64,000 bases of DNA, from contig NW_022979151.1 of assembly GCF_902652985.1 (NCBI RefSeq), positions 1 through 64,000 on the forward strand. The letters are read 5' to 3'. Numbering within the stretch: position 1 is the stretch's first letter; each line of letters starts with the position of its first letter. The position numbers were made by a program, and so were the translations under genes. The notes under the pieces were generated by a model that searched no databases, was not told the origin of the DNA, and saw nothing but the letters and a program-made list of their open reading frames with translations. Of this stretch, positions 37,128 through 48,656 are shown one piece after another. This DNA is from Pecten maximus. Its lineage: Eukaryota.

Positions 37128-38685
37128 ACATTTACAGATGTTATAGAGAATCGGCAGATCCACACAGATCCCGAACAGCTGCCATTTGGTAAGCATGAAA
37201 GATATATTTGATGTTTAATACATGTACTAGTTTACAGCTGTCCAATTATATTAATCGAAAAGAAATACCTTACAACTGTAATGCCTAATCCCTTATGTAT
37301 GATGATTTCATTTCCAGCTGAGTAGTAGTACTTGTGTATAAGGAAAATAATATGATTCTTTATTCTGTTAGATTTGCCAGAATTGTGGACAACATTGGAG
37401 CCAGAGATGCTACAGGAGCTGGAGCCATTCTATGAACCACAGATGCCAAAGGAGTATGAGAAAGTCAAGGGCCCTGAGACTGTCAAAGTGAGTTTTATCT
37501 CAATTTTCAAACAATATGTTAAAATGCGAACTGGTAATAATCAAAAGGAAACTAATGTTATTAGATTTTGGTATTGTGGTAAAATACAACAAAAAATGTA
37601 TCCCAAACATATAATCATGATTTTCCTTGAAAGTTTATCTGAAATAAGATGCCCAAACAAACATTAACTCTGTCCTTTCATTACTATAGGATCAGGATTC
37701 TAAGACATTCCAGGCACCAGAGACAGCTCATGAACCACAGCCAGCCCAAGAACCCAAGACCGCCCAAGATCCCAAGACATTCCTGGCACCAGAGATAGCC
37801 CAAGAACCCAAGATATACCAGGCACCAGAGACAGTCCAGGAACTCGTGATATTCCAGGTACCCGATACAGTCCAGGAGCCCCAGATAATTCAGGCACCAG
37901 ATACAGTCCAGGAACTCGAGATAATCCAGGCACCAGTGACAGTCCAGGAACTCGTGATATTCCAGGTACCCGATACAGTCCAGGAGCCAAAGATATTCCA
38001 GGCACCAGTGACAGCCCAGGAACTCGAGATAATCCAGGCACCAGTGACAGCCCAGGAACTCGAGATAATCCAGGCACCAGTGACAGCCCAGGAACTCGAG
38101 ATAATCCAGGCACCAGTGACAGCCCAGGAACTCCAGATAATCCAGGCACCAGTGACAGTCCAGGAACTCGAGATAATCCAGGCACCAGTGACAGTGCAGG
38201 AACTCGAGATAATCCAGGCACCAGTGACAGTCCAGGAACTCGTGATATTCCAGGTACCCGATACAGTCCAGGAGCCAAAGATATTCCAGGCACCAGTGAC
38301 AGCCCAGGAACTCGAGATAATCCAGGCACCAGTGACAGCCCAGGAACTCGAGATAATCCAGGCACCAGTGACAGCCCAGGAACTCGAGATAATCCAGGCA
38401 CCAGTGACAGCCCAGGAACTCGAGATAATCCAGGCACCAGTGACAGTCCAGGATCCCAAGATAATCCAGGCACCAGTGACAGTCCAGGAGCCCAAGATAA
38501 TCCAGGCACCAGTGACAGTCCAGGAGCCCAAGATAATCCAGGCACCAGTGACAGTCCAGGAGCCCAAGATAATCCAGGCACCAGTGACAGTCCAGGAACC
38601 AGAGACAGCCCATGAACTAAAAGCATTCCATGCACCAGAGATACACAATGAAAAAGAGGAAGTCCAAGATCCTGAGACAGTCCAA
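37128..38685 (+). CDS. Spliced downstream exons of the vertnin-like gene, including a 996-nt exon of 11-aa repeats (QAPVT[AV]QE[LP][EK]II)
   Basis: Exons 37128-37188, 37372-37487 and 37690-38685 with GT-AG sites and matching phases; 33-nt tandem unit. Confidence 0.6.
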
Positions 38686-39751
38686 GTGAGTATCATATGA
38701 ATATTCAAACAATAGGTCAAATGATGCTATCAATAAATTAATAAAAAATGTATCATATTCAAAAGAAAAGTGATCTTACAAATTAGCTTTTTGAAAATAT
38801 GGTAGTTAAATAAAGTGCAGTCTACAAGCATATAAAAATCTTAATTTCTTGGCAAGTAGGTGTGCAAAGTAATGAAATACCAAGCTAGAAATGTCTGCAA
38901 ACTAACTTGTTACAGTTCATTTCATTAAGCGAAGACTCAATGGTTTTGAGAGATAAGAGAATTTTATTTATGTCTTCAATTTTATCACGATTGTCTCACT
39001 ACTTCAGGAGGGAAGAAAAAAGACATCCAGGGAGTATGAAACACCCCAGCGCTTAGAGAAATGTTCAGTCATGGACAGGTAAATCATACTAAATTTTTTA
39101 ATATGAATCAGAAACATTATCTTTAAAACATGGGCATATGATCATGAACAATCCTAAACTACTTAACATAAAATAAAGATAAATATTTCCATTTTTGAAT
39201 CACAACCATTATGATGATGTAGATCATGTTTTGATCACTGATAAACCTAAAAGATGTAAAATCACCGTCTTTTAGACAATGAGATATGATAATGAAGGAC
39301 AAGCATGTAGATAAACTGGCACTATAACCACCACCAACATGATTTTTCTTCTGTCATTTATATCTTCCTGTTTATCCATGAGTATATGTAATGTTTTTTG
39401 TCTTTTATAATGAAATATATCATGTTTCTTAATCATGGATAAATCTAAATGATGTTGAAAAGAATGCTTAAAACAAGGAATGATATCATGAACAATCACA
39501 TATAAAGACAAAAACATCATTGGCACATGTGGCATTTAAACACTGTTTAAAATGCAAGATTTCTAATACTTTGTTGCATAACTTTACAAAATAATGGAAT
39601 ATAACATGTTTCTTAATCATGGATAAATCTAAATGATGTTAAAAAGAATGCTTAAAACAAGGAATGATATCATGGAATCACATATAAAGACAAAAAAAAT
39701 CATTGGCACATGTGGCATTTAAAAACTGCTTAAAATGTAAGATTTCTAATA

Positions 39752-40206
39752 CTGTAAGCCAACATTCTTTCGCGGCTACTAAATTTCGCGATTTCCGTCC
39801 CACAACAAGTTCTCGGAGATTAACTTTCGCGAAATAGACTATACTTTAATTTACTTTCACTTAATTAACCCCACAGTTCAGTGATATGGCCTATAGCCAC
39901 TACATGTATACTAGTATATGTTTATAAGATTATAATATTTGTCACTTATTTTAAAATAATTCTTAACTAATAAAATCAATATGTGAAATCTGATGTTTAT
40001 AGTATCTGTTATATTATGATATAAAAGAGATTGGCATATGAAATTAAAATTGTCACTGGTACATGTAGATATCTATGTACAGTACGAAAAATCGTGACTA
40101 GTACAAAATGTCTAAGTCAGATCGATATTAATTTGCGGCGATTAACTTTCGCGAATTAATATTGATCGCGAAAGTAAATAGCTCGCGAAAGAAAGTTGGT
40201 TTACAG
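39752..40206. mobile_element. Tc1/mariner-type MITE
   Basis: TA|CTGTAAGCCAAC.TTCTTTCGCG ... CGCGAAAGAAAGTTGGTTTACAG|TA; internal TTTCGCG motifs. Confidence 0.85.
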
Positions 40207-40418
40207 TACTTGATTGCATAACTTTACAAATTTGACATACAATGTATATATAATATTAACACCTAAACCTGACAATTTTTGGTACATAAACTTGAGAAAT
40301 TTAATGTTTAGCAATCTTGTTTTGAATTCAACTGTACATCTTCTAAAATACCCTTGATTTTCAAAGATATAAATCTAACTATAGCACTATCTACTACCCA
40401 TGCGTAACACTAAATACA

Positions 40419-40815
40419 CTAAACACTACTAATACATTCCAAAAAAGAATTCTGGCAAACAAGAAATTTCAGAATTCCGGCAAACATTTCTGTGACCTTA
40501 ACGTCATAGGGTGTCCTCAATTCTACTTCTTCAAACCCAGAGGTTTCCTCAATGGATATTGCTTCAAGCTCTCTGATAAGATCTTCAAATGTTGGGGTAG
40601 GAGTAGAGGTGCGGGGTGGTGCACTTGGTTCAGTAATACTGGGTAGAGTGATATTTTGCAGCGGGATCATTGATTCACTTGGATTGTCTATGGATTTCAT
40701 GAATTTTCTCTGTACAATAATGATGAGGGTAAGGATGACGATAGTGACACCAAAAATGGCTGTGATTGATATGAAAACTGAAATAATGAATCATGGAAGT
40801 GTTAGGGTTGTGAAC
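40419..40815 (-). pseudogene. Orphan terminal exon encoding a TM helix and acidic/Pro-rich cytoplasmic tail
   Basis: Acceptor attatAG at 40816-40817; FIISVFISITAIFGVTIVILTLIIIV-QRK then PSAPP...EEVEL; one in-frame TGA upstream of the TM. Confidence 0.45.
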
Positions 40816-41120
40816 CTATAATAATAATTCTGTCATTCACATCTGTTTGGTACTGCGGGACCACATGAGATGCGTGCGCAGCTTCATTATTCATAGCGTG
40901 TTTACTTCTAAACGGGTCAGCAGAAACTATTTTACTGTGACCGTTTTCATACTTATTTAATACTTTTCCCATCGTAATATCACTTAATAGTGGTGATGGT
41001 ATGACTGAAAAGAGTATATAGTATACGTTTGCGAGTTTTATTTCCACTTTAATAAGTGAAAAACTCTGTTTTTGATAATATTGACCACGAGTGGTCAAGC
41101 TGGACAGTCGTCTGTGATCA

Positions 41121-42404
41121 ATGGCCGCCAGGCCCGCCACTGGAAAAATTCAAGAATTTGATTTTGTTGGCGAAATACTCGGGAACATGGAACCTTTGCC
41201 TAAAGGAAAATCAAAAGACAAAAGTAAGTCCCAAAGTCGGGCCAATGCCCAGGCTGGACAGAGTGTACAAAGTGCCAAAAATCTGAACCCAGAGGGGACA
41301 AAGACAGACACTGACCAAAACAAAATGGCGACGATGTCAAACGCACATCGGGAGCCTGTAGTGTTACGTCGGGTCAGACACAAGCCCAAAACGAGGGAAT
41401 TGAAATAAACAATGTGTCGACAATTATGTCAAATTTTCATGAAATTATGGCATCCCAATTGCAAATGATGCAGGAGATGCGGGGGATGGCCGAATATCAG
41501 TACAGGGCTGATGACGACGTCATCATGGAAACTGACGATGACTGCGAGTCAACAGACGTGTGCGATCAAATTGATCAGATACTTAATGACTCTGGAGAAG
41601 AAACAGACCCTAAAGTTTTTAAACAAAAGGAGGTTCATCCAGATGAAGATCTCCCAGAGTTCATGCGAGGATTGGTACAGGATTTCTCCGCTGACGAGCA
41701 CACTGGACCAGAACTGAATAACGGCCCATTAGCGAAACTTCTCACTGATATGCTGACTAAGCGTATGCCAGAGGAAAAACTGAAGGCTAAACTTGAGAGT
41801 TATCCAAGGCCGTTAAACATGGAGCATTTACAAAAGCCGAGACGTCAGGGTGCAGAAGGCACAAACAAGAATAGCGAAGGGGTTAACTCCCTTGGCACGT
41901 CTGATCGCTCTCCTAATGGAGATAAAAAAGGACAAAAACATGGACGCTCGTTCCGCGATTGACCAAATGCTGAAGCTATCACTGGACAGTTTTACGCTAA
42001 CAGCAAGCGCTACACAGGAAATCAGCCAGAGAAGGAGAGAACTGATTAAGCCCGATTTAAATAATCAGTACGTTTCTCTGTGCTCGGCTCACAATCCGGT
42101 GACAACCATGTTATTTGGGGATGATCTCCCGAAAGCAATGAAAGACATTTATGACACTAACAGAGTGGCCTCTCAAGTCAGTTACGGTGGCTATGGTACC
42201 TACCGTGGTAAAGGTCAATCCCGATATATGAACAAGGGTAAATACCCAGTAAGATATAACCCGTATATGCCCGGACACCGAGGAGGGTACAACAACTACA
42301 TGAACTTTACTAATAACAGAGGTGGTTACAACCGAGGCGGCTTCCAAGGAAAAAAGCCACAGTGGGTCTCAAAAAACGGGAAAAAGGGACCGGACAGGAA
42401 GTAA
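41121..42404 (+). pseudogene. DIRS-like (tyrosine recombinase retrotransposon) gag-like ORF1, truncated element
   Basis: YPRPLN.E.L..P, RRRELIKPDLN..Y..LC...LFGDDL, RG-rich C-terminus; frameshifts; pol absent. Confidence 0.75.
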
Positions 42405-42424
42405 ATCCTGAGATTCTGGTCCAA

Positions 42425-43845
42425 GACAACAAACGACTTCTGCTCTGAAACTAAGCAATGGATATCACTCATATTTGCCTGGTAGCATCCCTATGGGGTG
42501 GGGATTCAAAATTGTACAAAAGATTGGGCTGACCCCCAAGGGGTCTGATGGGCGAGGCCAATTTGGCTCTCTTAATATAAACGACTTCTCAGAAACCAAG
42601 TGATGGATATCGCTCATATTTGCCTGGTAGCATCACTATGGGGTGGGGATTAAAAATTGTACAAATGATGGAGCTGACACCCCAGGGGTCTGAGGGGCGG
42701 GGCCAAATGTGGTCAATTCGGCTATATTGATATTAGCGACTGCTTCTCTGAAACCAAGCAATGGATATTGCTCATATTTGCCTGGTAGCATCACTATTGG
42801 GTGGGCATTCAAAATTGTGCAAATGGTGAGGCTGACCCCCAGGGGCCTGAGGGGTTAGGTTAGGTTAGGTTAATTTTGTTTAACGTCCTATTAACAGCTA
42901 AGGTCATTTAAGGACGGCCTCCCGTGCGTGCGACATGCATGCATGTAGCGAGTGCGTATTTGTGTTTTGGGAGGCTGCGGTATGTTCGTGTTAAGTCTCC
43001 TTGTGATAGACCGGAACTTTTGCCGATTTATAGTGCTACCTCACTGAAGCATACTGCCGAAGACACCCAGCAGCACACCCCACCCGGTCACATTATACTG
43101 ACAACGGGCGAACCAGTCGTCCCACTCCTAATATGCTGAGCGCTAAGCAGGAGCAGCAACTACCATTTTTAAAGACTCTGGTATGTCTCGGCTAGGGGAC
43201 AGAACCCAAAGCCTTCCTCACAGCGGCGAACGCTCAACTAAAGGCCAAAAGTGAGGCATTGTCCAGGGAGACATTAGGAAGAAGAAAGTTGTTCAGAAAG
43301 AAGAGAAGAGATAAGATCCCAAATTTAGTCGCCTCTTACGATCATGCAATGGGGGCAGCAGGTACAATTCTTACGCCCTACCTGCAGGGCATGGGGCCTG
43401 ACGGGCGGGACCAAGAGGGGTCAGTTTGGCTGAATTGATATGAACATCTTCTTGTCTGAAATTTAGCAAGGGATATTGCTCATATTTGCCTGGTTGCATC
43501 CTTTTGGGTAGGGATTCAAAATTTTATAAAGGAAGGAACTGACCCCCACTCCCCCGGGGTGCAGAGGGCGGGGTCAAAAGGGGTCAATTGGTCTAAACAA
43601 CATCTTTTCTGAAACTAAGTAATGGATATCACTCACATTTGTAGCATCCCTATCCCTATCCCTATGGGGTTAAGTTTATTTCATGGATTAATGCATTTTT
43701 TGACATAAAATCCTCACGTACCCATATAAAATGCCTATGATATATTGACATAGCAATACCAGTGGCAAATATACTTAATCATCATTCTTGTTTCATATCT
43801 CATGAAATCCAGGTGAGCGATACAGGCCCTCTGGGCCTCTTGTTT
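42425..43845 (+). mobile_element. 5'-truncated HINE-like element with ~155-165 bp internal repeats
   Basis: Repeats of ..aagcaatggatatc.ctcatatttgcctggtagcatc..; 3' end CAGGTGAGCGATACAGGCCCTCTGGGCCTCTTG. Confidence 0.75.
42855..43390 (-). mobile_element. Meta/Deu-type SINE nested in the HINE
   Basis: TCGTAAGAGGCGACTAA and CAGTATAATGTGACCGGGTGGGG core motifs; 3' tail cttaaatgaccttagctgttaataggacgttaaac + (AACCT)n; flanking repeat GGGGCCTGA. Confidence 0.7.
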
Positions 43846-44852
43846 GTATTTGCCAGTGGAACTAAAATACAAATAGAGAAGGAAAATTGTTTTTTTGCTA
43901 AATCTATTTCAATAAAAAGGCATTTTGAGAATTTCCCTTTTGTTCAAAGTCATTTTTCCTTTTGTTCAAAGTCATGATCAGTGTCTGTGTCAGTGGTCCA
44001 TGTCAAGCAAATTAGAAAATGTGTATATTTTTTTTTATTCGAAAATTTTGCAACTTCTTTTAAGTAGTGTCTGAAATCACTATTAAGTTCTTGATCGTTC
44101 ATGAATAGAAAGGGAAATATCAATAATTGCTACATTATAATTGATCATTAATTTTAAAACATCATGACTAGATGAGCGAGTTATCTCCTTTATCTTTCCC
44201 TGATGAAAATTAGGTAATTAGCAAGTTTTAAATTGTTATAAGTGAATTCGAACAATACTTTATGTAAATGAAGCTTAATCAAGTATAATACATCATGTTC
44301 TTCTTTCTTAATAACTTTTTTCAACCCAACCCTTTTATCAGATAGCAATTTGCCCGGTTTCCAATAAAAATAACTGGCATCTCTTAGTTTGGGGCCTGTT
44401 CTCATTGTAGTAGTTGGTGACTACCTCACCGAACAACATGCAGGTGGGCTGTCGGATGCCGGCGTCCAGGACACAACCATGACAGCACTGAAAATAAATA
44501 TATTACTCTTACATGTTTGATTTTCTGTTTTCTGTGATAATCACCTTTTTATTTTGAGGTGGGTCTCTTTTTAGTAGTTGGTGACTATCTCACTGAACAA
44601 CACATTGGAGGCCCGTCGCACACCATCAACAGTAAGGAAAGTACTTTAAAGTGTCTTGTCCAAGGACAACTGCAATTTACAATGTGACCTTTGACCTACT
44701 TTTTGAAAATTTTGTTTTGAATTTCAACCCATTCAGTGACTTATTTTGTTTTCTTACAACTCTTGTTCCTTAACAAAACCTATCTAGATAAGCTGAAATA
44801 AGAGTGTCAGTTACATATAGTTAGTATACTTTGTTTAGGCTGGGTAGTCATA

Positions 44853-45076
44853 CGGGGGTTGCGGTGGCCGAGTGGTTAAGATGTCCCGATACTTTATCAC
44901 TACTCCTCCACATCTGGGTTGCGAGTTCGAAACTACGTGGGGCAGTTGCCAGGTACTGACCGTATGCCGGTGGTTTTTCTCCGGGTACTCTGGCTTTCCT
45001 CCACCTCCAAAACCTAGCACGTCCTTAAATGACCTTGGCTGTTAATAGGACGTTAAACAAAAACAAACAAACCAAA
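44853..45076 (+). mobile_element. tRNA-derived V-type SINE
   Basis: A box TGGCCGAGTGG, B box GAGTTCGAAAC, V-like TTTCTCCGGGTACTCTGGCTTTCCTCC, (CAAA)n tail, 11-bp TSD GGGTAGTCATA. Confidence 0.88.
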
Positions 45077-45180
45077 GGGTAGTCATAAATGTACATTGGC
45101 CCTAAAACATTCATGACATACTGCGTATATTTGGTTATTATCTGACAAACATAAACATTGTTTAAACTATCTCATTGCAG

Positions 45181-46184
45181 GTGAAGACCAATTCATCAAC
45201 TCCATTCCCAAAGTCTCTCCTTCAGACATCCATACAATAGAAGAAGAAACTATAGGCCAAAGTACAAATGATGATTGGAAGGCCTTGCGCAAAGGAAGGA
45301 TCACTTCTTCCAATTTTCATTCTGTTCATACCAAAATGAAAACATTACAAAGGGACCCAACTGCAGATGTCAATTCCCTGTGCAATACCCTTCTTGGCAA
45401 TACTAAAATGTCTCTTGATCATGTAAGGTCTATTAAACATGGAAGAGAGACTGAACCTTTAGCCAAGAAAGACTTTGTGAAGTCATTTTCTCTTCAACAT
45501 CAAAACATCACTTTTAGTGAATGTGGCCTCATCATGTGTCAAAAATATCCATTTCTTTCTGCCTCTCCAGATTTGGTGATATCATGCTCATGTTGTGGGC
45601 ATGGGCTTTTAGAAGTGAAGTGTCCTTTGATCACAAAATGTAAAACTTGTACAAATTTTTGTGTATGCACTCTTCCTAAATACTTGGATTTTTCAGATAG
45701 TAAAATAGTACTGAAGAAGAACAGCGCATATTATGCCCAGATTCAAGGCCAATTAGCTATAGCAGAAAAGGAGTGGTGTAAGTTTTTTGTGTATACACCA
45801 AATGAAAATTTCTGCCAGAGAATATTTCCTGATGCAGAGTTTTTTCAATATATGTTATCTAATCTTGTTTTATTTTTTAAAAGATACATGGTCCCCAGAA
45901 TCTTGTGTTCTAATGAAGCATCAGAAAAAGATTGTGAACCCATGGATATTGATGCTATTGAAGTTGAACCTACTGATTCAGAAGTGCATGATGAAGTAGG
46001 AGTTTGTTTCTGTCCAGTATGCCAGAACATTGTTCAAGAAGGGGGAAATGTACAGGGACTAAATGATCGTAGTGTTTGTTGTGATTCCTGCAACATATGG
46101 TATCATTACTCTTGTGTGAAAGTCACACAGTCTCAGTTGAACCAGATGACCAGTGGCTGGTATTGCGCTGCATGTAAAAGTTGA
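45181..46184 (+). CDS. YqaJ/lambda-exonuclease-like nuclease plus PHD finger (ISL2EU second gene, last exon)
   Basis: Q...W...R..RITSS, HG...E, ASPD, LEVKCP, YYAQIQGQL; C-terminal CPVC..CDSC..WYH..C..W.C..C; acceptor at 45180. Confidence 0.88.
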
Positions 46185-46477
46185 CCATGATAATTTAAGG
46201 ACCCGAAAATAACTGTTTGGATATTTGTTGAAAAATCATTTTGAGATTTTGTGAAAGTTAATATAGATAAATTCCCCAAAGTTACTGTATATTGGCTTAC
46301 CAATTTATAATGTAAATGTACTTATAAAATTGAACACATAAAATGCAAGATCATAACTTAGGAATTTAAGTATGGCATTTCATAATTATCAAATTTGAAA
46401 TACAAGGTGTTTTTTTCCTTTATGGTCAGTATTTTTACTTAACTTAATATTTTAGTAGCAGTAAATATACCTTATGT

Positions 46478-48129
46478 CTACTTAGAAACATACCTTGGAA
46501 GAGGGGGATACAAATTGCAAAGTCCACCTGCTATTTTGATAATATCATCAATGTGACATAACATGGTCAGAGGCAGTTCATATTTCAAAACTCTGAAACA
46601 TTTGAGTCGTCTTATTGCTTGCTCTACATATATTCTGCGATTGGCTATTTCTTTTGTACCTAGAACCTCCGTAGATGTCATCTGTGCCACACCTCTTCTC
46701 CCTGGAGGGATAAGAAGGTGGCAGTGACGAAGTGCGAGCTCCTCTCTTATGGGGAATCCTTTATCAGCCATAACTGTGTCATAGGCCTCCAAAATATCGA
46801 GAAACCCCGAGTTTTCAGTAACAAACTTGTCGCTTGCCCTTCCTCCCCAAGCATTAGAAATGAAATTTATCATGCCAGAAGGGCTGATGCTAATAAGAAT
46901 CTTTAATGTGTGGTGATGTTTGTAATCACTCCAAGTGACAGCTTGCATTTGAAAACTGCTAGGTTTCTCAATAAACACTTCGGAACAATCAATTATGTGG
47001 CGGACATTGTTGAATTTGTTACTTTTAAAGGAAGGTGGTAAATTGGCTTTAACAACATCTTTCTGTGGATTAAAAACAAGAGAGCCTATAACTTTCCCAA
47101 GGATTCGAAGCCACGTGGATATTATGTTTGAAACACATGTTGCAGAAACACCAAAGCGATCCCCTAAATCTTGATTTAAAAGACCTAATCTGATTTTCAT
47201 CATTGTCATAATGAGCTCTTCCTTCTTATTTAGACTGCGGACCTTGACTCTTTTAGGTTTAAGTGGATTGGCTGCTACCCTACCTGGACCTTTCCAATAT
47301 ATGATTTCCTTGAATGTTGTCACTATATAAGTATAAACAATCATAAAAGCATTAACTGTTGGAAACCCTGTGTAAAATTTCATCTTTTTGTCAGATTTTG
47401 TCACTGCCTGAACATTGAAAGACTTCTTGGATTTCTTATGGATAATTGCCTTTAACTTCGCATTTTCCTCTTTCAGAGCTTCCATTTCCTTTTTCATTAC
47501 ATCTATTATCGAAGACTTTGTGAGACATTCATTACATTCTGTATACCCAGACTCTCCCTCAGGAGCAAAATAAGTATGGTCTACTTGTACATCAACTGGT
47601 GCATTTTCTGGTATATTTCTGAATACATTTGCTATATTTTCTGGTGTGGCAGAGTCATCATTCACATCACACACAGTCACAGGTCCTGTATCGGTGGATA
47701 GTTTTTGAAGTTTTGCTTGATCATTGGCAAATGTATTTGTTGGGACAAATAATCGACGCCTTGGTGGAGGTCTTGCCTTTGGCTCTTTTAGAGGGGTATA
47801 CCCAAGATTCAGAGTTGGATAAGGGTTATCTCTAGTTGGAACTTTGTCAACAAAATGATCAGAACAAACTCGAGAATCTTCTTTTGGGAGCCAGTTTGCT
47901 GAATTATCTGAGCACTTTCGATGAATAACTTGAGCCCATTTAAGTCTTGTTTCAGGATCCTTTTATTTGTTGGAAAAGGAATAAGTTTAAATGGTCTTGG
48001 GCATTCACAATCACGTTTTAAACATTGGTGTGTTTCACAAGCATGATTCAACCACTTTTGTAGTTTGTACCCATTGTTTTTGCAAGATGTAACAGCACAA
48101 ACTCTGTTTGACATGCTGCATGCCTCCAA
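46478..48129 (-). pseudogene. ISL2EU/Harbinger-superfamily transposase (THAP, HTH, DDE_Tnp_4), THAP region frameshifted
   Basis: CAVTSC..FP..RVCSDHF THAP; IIDCSE, GGRASD, MADKGF, RIYVEQAIRRLK; convergent with YqaJ. Confidence 0.88.
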
Positions 48130-48156
48130 AGAAATACAAATGGAAACAAAAAACCA

Positions 48157-48656
48157 NNNNNNNNNNNNNNNNNNNNNNNNNNNNNNNNNNNNNNNNNNNN
48201 NNNNNNNNNNNNNNNNNNNNNNNNNNNNNNNNNNNNNNNNNNNNNNNNNNNNNNNNNNNNNNNNNNNNNNNNNNNNNNNNNNNNNNNNNNNNNNNNNNNN
48301 NNNNNNNNNNNNNNNNNNNNNNNNNNNNNNNNNNNNNNNNNNNNNNNNNNNNNNNNNNNNNNNNNNNNNNNNNNNNNNNNNNNNNNNNNNNNNNNNNNNN
48401 NNNNNNNNNNNNNNNNNNNNNNNNNNNNNNNNNNNNNNNNNNNNNNNNNNNNNNNNNNNNNNNNNNNNNNNNNNNNNNNNNNNNNNNNNNNNNNNNNNNN
48501 NNNNNNNNNNNNNNNNNNNNNNNNNNNNNNNNNNNNNNNNNNNNNNNNNNNNNNNNNNNNNNNNNNNNNNNNNNNNNNNNNNNNNNNNNNNNNNNNNNNN
48601 NNNNNNNNNNNNNNNNNNNNNNNNNNNNNNNNNNNNNNNNNNNNNNNNNNNNNNNN
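48157..48656. other. Scaffold gap (500 N)
   Basis: Run of N. Confidence 1.

Noticed and set aside
37684-38720. Three long minus-strand repeat ORFs (Cys/Trp-rich, VPGLS, WTVTGA)
   Set aside because: They are shadows of the 33-nt repeat; only the plus frame has phase-compatible splice sites.
44853-44945. tRNA gene
   Set aside because: The A/B boxes run on into a SINE body, tail and TSD.
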